Shown here: in pieces, positions 37,637 through 52,669 of the stretch | Numbering within the stretch: the first letter of the stretch is position 1 | Layout of the letters: each line of letters starts with the position of its first letter | Source: Eledone cirrhosa | Lineage: Eukaryota | Direction of reading: 5' to 3' | Length of the DNA: 64,000 nucleotides | Assembly (NCBI GenBank): GCA_964016885.1 | Contig: OZ024741.1 | Coordinates: 311,488,001 to 311,552,000 of the forward strand | Notes under the pieces: generated by a model | Database searches by the model: none | What the model saw: only the letters and a program-made list of their open reading frames with translations | What the model was told of the DNA's origin: nothing | Translations under genes and position numbers: made by a program

Positions 37637-37696
37637 CTAAAAATATCAATATATATGATAATGTTGAAGATATCATTAATTACATACATATATCAA

Positions 37697-37873
37697 TAAT
37701 TGTTTCTACTTTAGGCACAAGGCCAGTGCATTACTGGTACTTTATTTTATCGACCCCGTAAAGATGAAAGGCAAAGTCAACCTCGGCGGGATTTCAACTC
37801 AGATCGTAAAGGGACGTAACTCTGCTGGAAAGCATGGCGTCCGACCCTCTACCGATACTGCCAATCCACCGCC
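37697..37873 (-). mobile_element. tRNA-derived SINE
   Basis: Same family as 33449-33636. Absent from the paralogous introns at about 52865 and 62800. Confidence 0.85.
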
Positions 37874-38352
37874 AAGCTTATATCGAAATTTAAGATTAAA
37901 GTGGTCTTGTGTTAAACAAATGAACTTGTATATTTATTGAATATTATATCGATCCTCTATAAAATATACATGGATTTTTAGTTCAGTTAAATGCAATGTT
38001 GGATACATTCTGAAAGAAACAAACAATATCATGAGTAAAATAACATATATAATGCTTCGAAATCTTACCACATTCTACCAGTTACTAAGATATGTAATTG
38101 CAAGTTCTTACATTTAAATAAACACACACAAACACACACTCATATATATATATATATATAATATACTGTATATGTATAAATGCATACATATACACATACA
38201 CACATACATATATACATACATACATATATACATACATGCATATAGAATATTTGTATTAATAGTGTTGTTATAATATTAATGGTATACTGATTCACCGAAT
38301 TATCTCAACTATCGGAAAAACTACAGTAATTTCCCCACGAAACAAAATAAGC

Positions 38353-38725
38353 CGATGGTGGACGGATTCTACACGAGAATTCTGAGGATGGCTTTGAACG
38401 TTAATCAGTATACATTGAGGTGGTAGAACACAGATCTGTCCGGGAGCCTCCCGAAATCTGCTAAAATGTGACGCAGAGGAGACTGAGGTTAGCTGGAGAT
38501 GGTCACCGACATCGAGAGTTGACACTGCACTCAGTGCACCTGTGAGAGCCCCTGCATAGGCACACTGGAAGAGGAAGACCGAGGTTAACATATATTCATG
38601 GCCTAAGGACATTCACTGCTCTGTTGGAGACGCAGGAAATGGCAGCGATAATGAGGGACAGAGACCGCTGGAGAGAATTCGTACATGGATCTCGGGAATT
38701 TTACCGGCCCTAGATAGATAGATAG
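38353..38725 (+). mobile_element. RTE-X-like LINE 3' fragment
   Basis: VDGFYTRILRMALNV..MRDRDRWREFV, with a (TAGA)n tail. It interrupts sequence that is contiguous at about 35975. Confidence 0.65.
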
Positions 38726-39087
38726 AATGCTGATACACAAAGGATTAGTAATATTTAGGTTTTTGAAATTACTGCGTATCACGTAACGGTGTGGTAGCAT
38801 GTTGTTTACTAATAAAACTGTTCAATTAAACCATTTTGTCAACTGTAAAATAAATACAAATTGTATTTGCTTCACATGCATTTTTATTTTACAACTATTT
38901 CAATTTTTTATATTCCATGCAAATAAACAACAATGTATAATAAAAAATAAACGATTGGATGTCATCAGTTATGAATCGAGACTGATGCAAAAAGAGCCAT
39001 TTAGCGGTTTCCAGCAGATGTAAGGGGTGGTAAATCTCGACGACCTTCGTTTCTGACTCGGGTCGCTATCAAGACTTATATATGCTG

Positions 39088-39571
39088 CCTTTTGTTGAAG
39101 CTTATCAAGGCTAACTACCCCTCCTGTCTACTGAGATTAATGATGTTATATTCTTATATTCAAAATGCTTTTAATTAAGCATAAAGTGTATTGCAAAATA
39201 CATTATATATACATCCATATATATATTGCTATTTCAGAGCTCCAATTCTAATTTTTAATTTCTGCCTGACCAACAATCGCTCTGTATAATCAGCTCCTGA
39301 TTATTTACTAGAATTCTATAAGAATATAACATCATTAATCTCAGTAGACAGGAGGGGTAGTTAGCCTTGATAAGCTTCAACAAAAGCGAAACAAGGCCCT
39401 TGTCGGCTTATCTCCCCTGTTTGCTGAGATTAAAGTAAGTGAATTTGTCACTACTCTAAAACAATAGCATACGGTCTTCAAAATGCTTTTAATTAAGCAT
39501 AAAGTGTATTGCAAAATACATTATATATACATCCATATATATATTGGTATTTCAGAGCTCCAATTCTAATA
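39088..39571 (+). mobile_element. Miniature PLE pseudo-LTR arrangement with a degenerate hammerhead (39363-39408)
   Basis: Inverted segments 39088-39158 and 39317-39387, direct segments 39158-39253 and 39477-39571. HHR reads agcc-TTGATAA-gctt caacaa aagc-GAAA-caag gcc cttg-TC-ggct, with perfect stems and two core substitutions. Confidence 0.7.
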
Positions 39572-39626
<55 letters not shown>

Positions 39627-40496
39627 GAGTGACACGGTTTGCTATACAAAAAAGGTTTTTAATGTCAATGCTGACAATTGTTTCTCTGAACTGGTAGGTC
39701 TAGAGATCGCTACCCGCTTATTTTCAGGTTATTAGATCACTAATACAAAGCTATATCCAGTCAATTCATCGGAGCTTGTGAGAATGAAAAGAATATACAG
39801 GCATGGCTACTATATATAGTAGTAATGCCATTCAATCAGAACAATAACAACAATATTAACAATGCTAGCAATAAGTTATTTGAAATAATCACATCATCAA
39901 TCTAGGTGGGAAGTATAGTATATCTAAGATTTTAGCGTGTAAAACTAGCTGACATGAGGCAGATGTATAATATTGACATGTAAAAGCTGTCATGGGGTGT
40001 ATTATATCTAGTGTAAAGATAAGCCGGTGTCTTTAAACAATGTAGGTCTGGTGGCCATATGAATCGTTTATTATCTGACAGATGAAGAATTTATCACTGT
40101 AGAGAGATGTGTGTGGTCTATATTAGATGAAAGGGTTGTCTTGCTTTCTCATCATCAATAACATACACGTATAAGACAACATTAACAGGGTAGCAATATA
40201 ATGGGCAAGTTAATACAGAGGTTAAGGAGGCAATATATATATATACATGCACACAATCATATATATATATATACATACACATATATACATACATATGAAG
40301 AGAAAACATGCTGACTATAATTATAACAGGAGGAAGGTAAAGTTCTGTTGTAGTATTATTTTGAAATGTTCTTGGATTTAGGTTCAAGTGCTGCCAGCAG
40401 CTGAGAAGAGATATGCTTATGAGTTGATGAGGTACTTACAGACATTAGTGTGGTATAGAACTAAGAAGGCTAGAATGTACTTATATATATATATAT

Positions 40497-40703
40497 AACG
40501 AAGGACATGTGGTAAGGAACCAGATGGACCATAACGCACCAAAGTATTCAATACTTAGGGTAGTAGAGTGGGTAATAGGAACGAGTAGGAGCCCGACGGC
40601 TGAGCTCAAGCCGTTTCAACGGCTAATTCTGGACTATATTTAGTCCAGAATTAGCCGTCGAAACGGCTTGAGCTCAGCCACCGGGGTCCTACTCGTTCCT
40701 ATA
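40497..40703 (-). mobile_element. Family A fold-back mini-element
   Basis: Arms centred on ctggacta tatt tagtccag, in (TA)n. Confidence 0.8.
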
Positions 40704-40772
40704 TATATATATAAATATATATATATATAAATATATATATATATAAATATATATATATATAAATATATAAAT

Positions 40773-40811
<39 letters not shown>

Positions 40812-40829
40812 AGGTAGCATATATATATA

Positions 40830-43800
40830 GTGGTGGAACACTGGAAGGTAATATCCGTAGTGAAAGACACCCAGTCCATGGGACGAGTTAGGTAGAAGTG
40901 GTTACACAACTGTTAGTTGACCATACGATGAACAATTGTTTCATCTTAGCGGATCCTCAGTTCTTAATGGTCATGGTTAAAGGAACAGGAAGGACAACCG
41001 TACGAACGCACATGCGCAGAATCCCAGTCACTTCATACATGCAATACTAGAATACGTGCGAGAGGTGTAAGGGAGATAACTGCGAAATTCTGAAAAGTTT
41101 TTAGTTGATAAAAAGATTACAATTATGCTATCCGTAGATTTGTAGTTATGTAATAGGTGTTTGGAGACGTGTGGACAACGTGTGAACAATTCATTTCTCG
41201 TGTTTAGGCAATCACTATTGCATCATCTCTTTAGAATAGTTATTCGTTCGTCAATACATAAGCCACACGTCAGATTTCCCCTTGCGTATGGCTTGGACTT
41301 AGTGATGGCTTTCCATTGAATGGAGTAGTCTATACTTGAGTCCTTGAGGAACCATAAGTGGCTCGCGAGTTTCATGGATCAACGTCTGTCCGGGTACCTA
41401 AAGGTCGACTGGTGGTTCAGGAAACGTTCCTTAAATCGGCCCTCCACCAAGCCCACATAGGATTTGACCTCCAGTGGTTGGTGTGGTCGCTTGGAAGTGA
41501 CCATAGCTTCATAAATTACAGCTGGTGTGTTACATTGCTGTTGAAGAGGGCAAGTTTCGGGCTTACGGCAAGAGCACCCTGGTGGGGTTTTACTCCTAGG
41601 GATGCTGGTGATGTGGGCCTTCATGTTCTTAGCGAAGGAGTATCCTAGTTTAACCTTGTTTCGGTTAAATATGGAACGGTATTTATGACCTATGGGAAAG
41701 TGTCTATCTATGAGGGCTAGAAATATTTTTGCTACATTGGTTTTAACGTTGAGTGAGAAGGGAGGAGAGAACCAGATAGTTTGTCTATTTTTGCGCTTAC
41801 TTTTCTTATTGCTGTTGTTGATAGTGGGAGAGTAAGTGATAGGTTGTGAGAAGCCGCTGTTAGCTAACGCCGTGTTATAGTAGGGTGCCACCCTGTCAAA
41901 GATAGCCTTATTAGATGAGAGGTTTGAGATTCTAGTACTGATATTATTGACGAAGTTCCTAAAATCTGGGGGGGGGCATGTGTCCTTGTGAATGTAATTG
42001 AGTTTTTCGTTTACCTTATGGAAGGGTCTGTAGCTGTGTTTGCGAAGGTCTAAATTAATGTCTAAATAATCTACAATAGAGAGGTTGGTAGCTACTGTTA
42101 TCCTAAGTCCTAACTCATTGAAGGTAGAAGCTAAGTCCTTTTTAAACCGGTCGAGGTCGTGACCACTTTTATGGCTCGATAAAGTCAGTCCATCGTCGCG
42201 GTATATTCCCGTATAGAAGTGCGGGAATCTAACACGTAATATCTCTAACATAAATATGCCAACAAATCACACACGTCAGCACTGTCAAACGATCCCTTGG
42301 AGACGTAGAATACGTCTGAAGTTGTAGACTTCTCTGCCCAGGCTACTCCGTCGTTGAAGAGGAGGGTTTTCCGGCAGTGAACGATGATTTCCCTGTCTAA
42401 ACCATCGACTGTGGTGTAAGTTGTAGCGAAGTCCAACGCTTTGGTTAACAGGGTCTCTGAGATCGACGGGTAAAAATCGTCAATGTCAAACTGTGTGAAC
42501 TTCGCTTTTTTGGATTTTAAGGAGTTAAACCACTTAATTACGGACTCGCTGTTCTCCCACTGGGGCATGTTGAACTTGGTCCTATTAGTCTTTACTATGT
42601 TTCTAAGTATGGCCTTACTGACTAGTCCCATGTCTGTGCGTGCCGAGTTTATTAGTGTACATGTGGGGTTAGAAGTAAAGTCTAGCTTGTGATCTTTCAG
42701 GGTGAGGAACGCCTCCCGCTTAGCTAGAGATTGTAGCTTCTTATCTACCTTAAGGTCGGCGGCAAGTTCTTTGGTTTCTGTATTAATGTATTGGTAGTCC
42801 ATAGGGTTAGCTTTCTTATATTTAGAAGTAATAGCGTTATGGGCCAGGTGGCGGAAAGTGGGGTTGTCGACTTCGTAAATATTATTAGTTTTGTCGGAAA
42901 GAACGAAGGTGTTATTAGAAGACCTACATTTCTTAATATCATTTCTGAGTTTCGTTTGAAAGGCGGTAGTGTGTTTGCAAAAGGAAATGTTAGCGACTAA
43001 CTTAAGAAGGTCCGTCTCGAAAGGAGCAAGTTCAGATACCTTAGGAGGGTAGGAGCTCAATATCAGGTTGAAGGTGTTAATGGTGCCTGTAATTTTTCCG
43101 TTAAATGCTAGGGCTCGCCATCCTACGTGACGACATTTTAGACATATTACGTGTTAGATTCCCGGACTTCCACACGGGAATATACCGCGACGATAGACTG
43201 ACTTTATCGACGATGGACTGACTTTATCGACGAGGGACTGACTTTATCGAGTCTTAGAAGTGGTCACGACTTCGACCGGTTTAAAAAAGACTTAGCTTCT
43301 ACCTTCAATGAGTTAGGAAGGACTTAGGATAAAAGTAGCTACCAACCTCTCTAGCGTAGATTTCTCAGACATTAATGTAGATCTTCGCACACACACACAG
43401 AGACTCTTCCATATGCTAAACGAAAAACTCAATTACATTCGCAAGGACTCATGCCACCTCCCACTGTTTTTAGAAACTTCGTAAATAATATCATTACTAG
43501 AATCGCAAACCTCTCCTCTAATAAGGCTATCTTTGACAGAGTGGCACCCTACTAAAACATGGCGTTAGCTAACAGCGGCTTCTCACAACCTATCACTTAC
43601 TCTCCCACTATCAACAACATCAATAAGAAAAGTAAGCGCAACAAAAGACAAACTATCTGGTTCTCTCCTCCATTCTCACTCAACGTTAAAACCAATGTAG
43701 GAAAAACAATTCTAGTCTTCTTAGATAGACACTTTCCCATAGGTCATAAATACCACTCCATTTTTAACCGACACAAAGTTAAACTAGGATACTCCTGCGC

Positions 43801-44540
43801 TAAGAACGTGAAGGCCCACATCACCAACAGCCCTAGGAGCAACACCCCACCAGAGTACTCTTGCCGTAAGCCCGAATCATGCCCTCTTCAACAACAATGC
43901 AACACACCAGGCGTAATTTATGAAGATGTGGTCACTTCCAACCGATCAAACCAACCACAGGAGGTCACATCCTAAGTGGGCATGGCGGAGGGCCGATTTA
44001 AGGAACGTTTCCTGAACCACCAGTAGATCTTTAGGTACCCGGACAGACGTTGATCCATGAAACTCGCGAGCCACATATTGTCCCTCAAGGACTCAAGTAT
44101 AGACTACTCCATTCAATGGAAAGCCATCACTAAGTCCAAGTCACACGCAAGGGGAAATCCGACGTGTGGCTTATGTATTGACGAACAAATAACTATTCTA
44201 AAGAGATTATGCAATAGTGATTGCCTAAACACGAGAAATGAATTTTTCACATGTTGTCCACACGTCTCCAAACACCTATTGCATAAGTACAAATCTCCGT
44301 ATTGAATCATTGTAATTTTCTTATCAACTAAAATCTTTTCGGACTTTCGTAGTTATCTCCCTTACACTTCTCGCACGCATTCTAGTATTGCCTGTGTGAA
44401 GTGACCCAGTTTCTGCGCATGCGCATTCGTACGGCTGTCCTTCCTGTTCCTATAAACATACCCATTACGAGCTGAGGATCCGCTAAGGTGAAACAATTGT
44501 TCTAAGTATGGTAAACTAACTATTGTGTAACCACTTCTAT
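40830..44540 (-). mobile_element. Penelope-like element (probably Naiad type) with an inverted duplication of about 1.4 kb
   Basis: Minus ORFs 42245-43060 and 41379-42251 (QFDIDDFYPSI, GIYRDDGL, WFSPPFS, CSCRKPETCPL, VIY..YVG). Plus-strand inverted copy at 43135-44540. Degenerate HHR CTGAGGA..GAAACAATTG at 40924-40966 (minus) and 44466-44508 (plus). Confidence 0.9.
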
Positions 44541-44556
44541 ATATATATATATATAT

Positions 44557-45155
44557 GAAATGGTGTGTCGAAACAAATATTGTTATACTTAGGGAGGGTC
44601 ATATTGTTGTATTAATATTGCCAGAATTAATAACAGAACATACTCACTGTCTGGTTGATTTTCGCTTCTGTTTCTTTTACATTAGTTAATTTATTCTGTC
44701 CCCAATGTTTTCCATTGTTAGAAAATAGAGATATAATATAGACACAAACAGATATATATAGTCTAAGAAAGTTCTTTCGTTGGATATATGCAACATCGTC
44801 AGTGGTTCTATTATTATGTTCCTCCTGTTGTATTGTATATCTACGCCATCTTAAATAAAGATCAAATAAAGATAGCGTAGATATACAATACAACAGAAGG
44901 AACATAATAATAGCACCACTGACGATGTTGCAGATGTGCAACGAAAGAACTTTCTTAGACTATATATATGTGTTTGGGTCTATATTATATCTGTATTTTT
45001 TAACCGTTGGTCAGTCAATGGAAAACATTAGGGACCGAATAAATTAACTCATATAAAAGATACAGAAGCGAAAACCAACTAAACAGTGAGTGTGTTCTGT
45101 TATTAATTCTGGCAATATTATTACAACAATAGGACCCTCCCCAAGTATAACAATA
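44557..45155. mobile_element. PLE pseudo-LTR fold-back with arms of about 280 bp and an HHR-like motif in each arm
   Basis: Arms at 44575-44850 and 44868-45155. The motif reads CTGACGA-tgttgca gatg tgcaac-GAAA-gaactttc-TT. Flanked by (TA)n. Confidence 0.75.
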
Positions 45156-45164
45156 TATATATAT

Positions 45165-45548
45165 CACTAACATCACAACTTGAGAGGAGATTTTGATGGT
45201 ACATATACCCGCCTCTTAATGAGAGTGCAAAACCTATCCTTGAAACGACATCCCACCTTGTCTAAAATCTATGGCAAACTCCCTCGAGCCTCTGCCCTTC
45301 TAAAATCATGGAGAGCTCAATTTGCTGGCCACTGTCACCGTGCCAGCAATGAAATCATATCCGCTCTCTTGCTCTGGAACCCTGACTCCAGCCTGACTAG
45401 GAGTAGGAAGCTGTCATTCCCTAACGTTATCTCTAGGGATACGGGAATCAGCTGACAGGACCTGGGGGCAGCGATGGGGGACAGGGGATTCTGGGGAATG
45501 AGAGTGAGATCCATCATCTCGACAGTAGTCGACGAGTGATGATGGTGA

Positions 45549-45550
<2 letters not shown>
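45165..45550 (+). mobile_element. RTE-X-like LINE 3' fragment
   Basis: DGTYTRLLMRVQN..IYGKLP..FAGHCHR..LLLW, with a (GAT)n tail. Confidence 0.75.
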
Positions 45551-45592
<42 letters not shown>

Positions 45593-45970
45593 TTATTCAT
45601 ATTTATATTAGTCCCAGTTTAAATTGGATGTAACCATTGTAAGTCTGGAGCAAAATACTATTGTAGTGTGTGAATATCATGTATAATATAGACAAGGCTT
45701 CAACGGAAATATAACTATTTCATTCAAAATGGATGAAACTATTCTAGTCCGGTAGAAGCGATTTATATGTTAAACATCATATTTACAAACACACACATAT
45801 ATATACTGTTAGACTGGTACATTACTATCGACATGAAAATGATGAAAGGCAAAGTTATTTGAATGTAGAGAGCAGAGAATCAGAAAGAATATATAAATAT
45901 TCCATCCGGCATTCTAACGACTCATTTATATATGTCAATTTGCATATATAATATGTGTATGTATACATAC

Positions 45971-46101
<131 letters not shown>

Positions 46102-46359
46102 AATGTATACACACACACATTTATATATATATATACACACGCACACACATATATATTTATACATATATATATATATAAATATATATGTCTGTATACGAAC
46201 ACACATTTATATACATACATCCACACACGTATATATAGGCCTTCCGGTTTCATTTCATATTATATACATGTCTGTGTATATTCTAATCATTTAAAAATTA
46301 TCTTTAAATGAACACGATTTTAAAAAGAAAACATTTTGAAAGTGAATCTGAACCAAAGC

Positions 46360-49300
46360 CAGGTGTATTATTGGTTGTGTCAAACGGTTCAATATCTTTA
46401 TGTTAGCAATATTAAGTTCTCCACACTTTTGTATATCTCCGATTCTATTTATGGGTACGGCTAGATGATGAAAAACGGAGTATTTGTATCAAAATAAAGA
46501 TCCGAATGCATGGTATAAATTTCCAATCATTTTAATCACGACACATGTTTCAATAAGAGATAGATCGGTCGTGTAGCCATGATCGATTATCACTGAACTC
46601 GTCTGGTGAAAATGAATTGTCTTCAAATCCTTGATATGAGGGAGAAAATTAACGACGTTCACTCACAGAGTTTAGTCCTTCATATGAAGATCAAATAGTC
46701 AAAACACGGCGATTGCTATCGTCCTCAGTTAGGGTCATAAAATTATCAAGTCTCTATCTCCCGATAGTTGTAAAAGACGCTGGACACAAATCAAATCTGT
46801 AGAATTACAGTCGGTCACAGTTAATGTGAGTGGGTACACACACACTCACACACACCGGCGCGAGGTTAAAGAAAAAATATATATATATACCAATAGAGCA
46901 TCAAATCTGTAGAACTATAGACGGTCACAGTTAGTGTGAGTGAGTACACACACACACTCACACACACCGACGCGCGGTCAAAGAAAAAATATAAATATAC
47001 CAACATAGTATTCACAACAAATGTTATATTAATCAAATCTCAATTCGACGATGTAAGTTTGAAAAATTGGATCAACTGCAACCCTATACACACGCAAGTA
47101 AGTTCAGTTCAATGTTCTGCTATATGTGTATAGATTGAATTGTAACATCCGTATCTCCAAGTAGTGTATGTTATGGTATATACACTTCCGTATCGTCCCA
47201 AAAATGTATGTTAAGGTATATACACATCCATGTGAAGCGCAAGTAGTCAGCTCATATCGAACTCAGTATGTGCCGTTGTCCTATTATGAATCTGAGTCTC
47301 CAAATCTGTGCGTGCAAGCAACCGCTATGTAAGCCACCAAGAGGCTCTGTGAAGTTTTGGTACTTGGGTTAAGGTGTCAGTATGTGCGATTTCCCGTCAT
47401 ATCGGCCCATGGGCTTTTAAGATAGGTGTTTGAGTGGTGGAGGTGTGTTATCCAACACAAAACGTAAAATAAAATAACAAAGATTAGCAAACCCCAGAGG
47501 ATGTCTGTAGGCCCATTAATAGTGTGTAAGTATTATTGTCAAATCGGTAACCGTGGGCTATCCATGGTTAGATGATCACTGATCGAAACCCAGTGTAGTG
47601 TTCAATCGATAGGAACGTGACCAGTCGTAACTGTGGTGACTCAGTGTCTAAAGAAACCGGGTATTGTGTGTAGGGCTATGTATAGAGAGCGTAATCGGTC
47701 TTACCTGAGTGTGTAATACGTCTAGCTATATCCTAACCGAGAGAACTCAATGGTTAAGGTGTCCTAAATAATGGCGAATGCGCGTAATCGGTCATACCTG
47801 AGTGTGTAATCATTCTACCTATTTACTAACTAGATATTCTAAGGTGCACTCAGCTGTGAGATCTCTGTGGAAACAGGCCGAGTACCGTTTGTAAGTGCTC
47901 AAACGATCTAAGCTGTCTAACCACCTGATTGTGTGATTGTCTGTGTTTTGCTAATTGAGAGAACTCTATGGCTAAGGTAGAGAGGGAGGAGTTAGTGGTA
48001 GGTTACTTTCCAAAAATCCGGCGGAAGGTTTTCAAGGTTCTATTTTGGCAGTTGCTGAAAAAATCCGCTCTCCTAATAATTAATAGGGGGCCGCCTCTAA
48101 TAATAATACAGGTTTTAGCTACACATAAATTACAGACCCCAGTGCTGCCGTTATATGGCCGGGCTGAGCAATTATGGACCAGGATAAGGAGTGCTCTATA
48201 ATCTGTTGTTTAAGCTTCCAGACTAATTCAGAAAGCGCCGTGCTATTTTTTATCTAATCTATTAAAGGTATGGCGGTGATTATAACATCTATCCTTAAAT
48301 TCAGTGGCAGTTGCCCCAACATACCTGAAGGTTCTATCTAAAGTGGAGACCTTACAGTGAGGCATTTCCCAGCCATGGGACAAGTGGCGATGTCCTGCAA
48401 TTACATTTTTGTTATCGACCTGGGTAGTTCCAGAGGAACCACGGTACCCCTGGGTTAAATTATGATCAGGAACTAGTTAGGTAATTAACTGGTTTGAGAA
48501 ATCGCAGAATAAGAATAGCACTAAGTTTATACAGTTCGATATCTCTAACTACTACTCTTCGATCTTTCCAACTCTTCTAGGTAAGGCCCTAAACTTTGCT
48601 AGCTTACACACCGACCTTACATCTGAACAAATTAACATTATTCTTCTAGCTAGGACATCCTTATTTGAGTTCAACGGTGACATGTGGACCAGGAAAGATT
48701 GGCCAGACAATTTCGACATCACCATGGGATCCATGGACTCGTCCCAGGTGAAGGATCTATGTGGGCCTTTACTTCCTCGTCTGTCTCGGAGTGGAAATGC
48801 CCCACTTTGGACGTGGCGCTTACCGTGACGACGTTTTGTTTACTGTGTCGTTCCATAATAATAGTATGATAGAGAGGGTGGGGAAACATCTATGCAAATT
48901 CTTCAGCAACATAGATTTAAGTATAGTGTTTGAAGATAACCTATAAATAGTTAATTTTCTAGATGTTACACTTAACCTCAATTCAGGACTCTTCCAACCA
49001 TACCACAAACCCAGCGAGAATTTAAATTATGCCAACGCAAAACCGAACCAACCTAGCATAGTCACTAACGGTATTACCAGAAGCATCTCTAGTAGAATTT
49101 CAGGACTATCTTCCAATGAAGATACCTTTGATAGGATCTAGAATTACTATAATAGCACCCTGGAACGCGCGGGGCATAGCGAGGGAATCTCATTCAAACG
49201 TTCATTAAATAGTAGTAGTAACATTGCCTGCGATAGCTTAGGCCAAAATAGTGACACTAGAGTTAACAGCAGGCGGGATGCGAGGGAGGATCATTATAGA

Positions 49301-51589
49301 TTTCATGTTGTATTACCCCCTAGTCCTAATGTCAATGGTACCAATGGAAACAATCACCCAGGTGGAAACACGGGGTCTGAGCACCGTAATGCCAGCGGAA
49401 ACTCTAATTGTAAACTTAAATGTAGAACTGATAAAACAACCGTTGAACGTAAAATGGAACGTAGCAGGCGCATAATGGATATAACCCCGGCTATCGAGGG
49501 TAATCCCAATAGCTGCACGGGGGGTACACCGCCCCGGAGACTCGGCACTCCCCAGGACACCATCGACCCACAGGCAGTTTTCAGTTATCATAGACCAGTA
49601 ACTATTAAGGAGACAGGTAACTCTAGTATAGATAGTAAGAACAACAGGCATCGAACCAGAAAAGCCTGTGGTATAAACCCCCTTACTCAACTGGTGTGAC
49701 CACTAGTATAGCTAAGCTTTTCTTTAGGGCCTTAGACAAATGCTTCCCTAGATCACACAGATACTATAACATATTCAATAGGAATACCATCAAGCTGTCC
49801 TACTCCACAACAGGTAAAATAGATCAGAATATAGCTAAGATGAATTATAGTAGACTTAGGACAGCCCAAGGGGGAATGAGACATGGCAGAACTAATGTTA
49901 GCTCTATGGATGAACGGACTCATAAATGTGAAGCGAGTCGGGTCACCCCAACTCCTGGGAACTAACCTATAGAGCAGACAAGAATTGAGACACGACCCGA
50001 AGTATACCGTGGTTCCTCTGGAACTATCCAGGTCGATAACAGAAAATCTAATTGCAGAAACACCTCCACTTACCCCATGGCTGGGATTTGCCTCACTAAA
50101 AACATAGTCTACGACTGTAAGGTCTCCACTTTAGATAGAATCTTCAAGTATGTTGGGACAACTTCCACTAAATTTAAGGGTAGATGGTATAAACACCACC
50201 ATACCTTTAATAGATTAGATAAACAAAATAGCACGGCGCTTTCTGAATTAGTCTGGAAGTTTAAACAACAGAATATGGAGCACTCCTTATCCTGGTTCAT
50301 AATTTGCTCAGCCCGGCCAGATAACGGCAGATATGGCGTCTGTAATTTATGTATAGATGAAACCTTTAATATTCTTAGAAGCGGCCCCCTATTAATCAAT
50401 AGGGGAGCGGATATTTTCAGCAACTGTCAAAATAGAACCTCGAAAACCTTCCACAGGATTTTTGGAAATTAACCAACCACTAAATCCCCCCTCTCTTCCT
50501 TAGCCATAGATTTCTCTCAATTAGCCAAAAACAGACAATCACACACGCAGGTAGTTAGACAGCTTAGATCGTTTGCGCACTTACAAATGGTACTCGGCCT
50601 GTTTCCACAAAGTTCTCACAGTTGAGTGCACATTAGAATACCTAGTTAGTAAATAGGTAGAATGATTACACACCCAGGTAAGACCGATTACGCGCATTCG
50701 CCATTACTTCAGAATACCCTAACCTTTCAGTTCTCTCGATTAGGATATAGCTAGACGTATCAAACACCCAGTTAAGACCAATTACGCTCTCTATACATAC
50801 ATAGACACTGAGTTCCCACAGTTATGACTGGTCACGTTTCTATCGATTGAACACTACACTAGGTTTTGATCCGTGATCATTTAACCATGGAGTGCTCACG
50901 GTTACAGATTGGAGAATAGTACTTACACACCATTAATGGCCCTACACACATCCTCTGGGGTTTGCTATTCTTTGTTATTTTATTTTACTTTTCGTGTCGG
51001 ATAACTCACCTCCACCACTCAAACACCTATCTTAAAAGTCCAAGGGCCGATATGACGGGAAATCGCACATAGTGACACCTTAACCCAAATACCCAACCCT
51101 ACACAGAGCCCCATGATGGCCTACATAGCGGTTGCTTGCACGCACAGATTTGGGGACACAGATTCTCAATGGGACAACGGCACATACTGAGTTCGATATG
51201 AGCTGACTACTTGCTCTTCACATGGATGTGTATATACCTTAACATACACTTTTCTGGACGATACGGAAGTGTATATACCATAACATACATTATTTGAGAT
51301 ACGGATGTTACAATTCAATCTATACACGTATAGCAGAACATTGAACTGAAATTACTTGCGTGTGTATAGGATTGCGGTTGACCCAATTTTTCCAATTTAC
51401 ATTGAGATTTGACCAATATAACTTTTTTGTTTTGTAAACTAACTTTAGGTGAATACTATGTTGGTATATTCATATATTTTCTTTGACTTCGAGTCAGTGT
51501 GTGTGAGTGTGTGTGTACTCACTCACACTAATTGTGACCGTCTATAGTTCTAATATGATTGGAAATATATACCATGCCTTCCGATCTTA

Positions 51590-51595
<6 letters not shown>
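46360..51595 (+). mobile_element. Penelope-like element pair in inverted orientation (plus copy about 48540-51595, minus 3' copy about 46360-48450)
   Basis: FDITMGS, GAYRDD, NFLDVTLNL, DKCFPRSHRYYNIFNRNTIKLSYST, and GIY-YIG ORF 50077-50472. Inverted homology of about 1.5 kb. Degenerate HHR on the minus strand at about 46536-46612 (CAGACGA..GAAACATGTGTC). Confidence 0.88.
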
Positions 51596-51632
<37 letters not shown>

Positions 51633-51905
51633 TTTAGAACTATTAGAACTATTTCATTCAAATGTAATAATCAGGAACCCGTTTCCAGATGATTTCTTTG
51701 GATGAAACTATTCTAGTCCTGTAGAACCGATTTCTATATTAAACATCCTATTTACACACACAGACACATAAACACACACAGACACACGCAAACATATATA
51801 TATGTGTGAGTGTGTGTGTATGCGTGTGTGTGTGTGGTGTGTGTGTGTGTGGGGGGGGGGGTCTGTGTGTGTGTGTAGTAAATACGTAACATGTTTTTGA
51901 TATAC

Positions 51906-52040
51906 CTTGTTGGCAATTATCATCAATATAACCTGCAGAACATCCATCTGAACATGTTCCATTTCGCTTGTCGCAGTTTCTATTGTTGTGACAATGGCAT
52001 TTCCCTGTACAATTAACACCAAAGTTTCCCATTCGGCATT
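51906..52040 (-). CDS. EGF-module exon (135 nt)
   Basis: AG/GT intact. Encodes ECRMGNFGVNCTGKCHCHNNRNCDKRNGTCSDGCSAGYIDDNCQQG. Confidence 0.88.
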
Positions 52041-52159
52041 CTGAAATATATATAAGATTTCTATATTAAACATCATATTTACACACACACACACAAACGC
52101 ATGCACGCACGCACCCGCACTCACCCACACCCACACACACAAACACACACACGCACACC

Positions 52160-52247
<88 letters not shown>

Positions 52248-52669
52248 CAGAAACATAGAGAGAGAGAAAATTAAAATGGTGGTTCTAACATAGCTTTATA
52301 TATATGAGTATGTATAGTCTGGATATCTAGCAATATGAGATATGTTTAGGTATAATGATAATAAATAATTATAGGGTGTAAGTATCACGTTTAATATAGA
52401 CATAGCTTCTACAGTACTAGAAATATTTCATTCAAAAGTAATCATCAGGAAAGCTGTTTACTGATGATTTCTTTGGAAGAAACTACTCTACTCCAGTAGA
52501 AGCTTAAAAGTTAAACATCATATTTGCACACACACACAACATATACACTTACACAAGCCCCCCACCCCCACCCCCGCCACACACACAGACGCACACGCAC
52601 ACACAATTATATATGTATTTGTATGTGTGTGTGTGTGTATAGTAAATAGATAACAGGTTTATGATATAC

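Noticed and set aside
41379-43060. Selenocysteine (UGA) recoding, as reported for some Naiad PLEs
   Set aside because: The conserved Cys positions inspected are ordinary Cys codons. The stops and frameshifts look like random decay.
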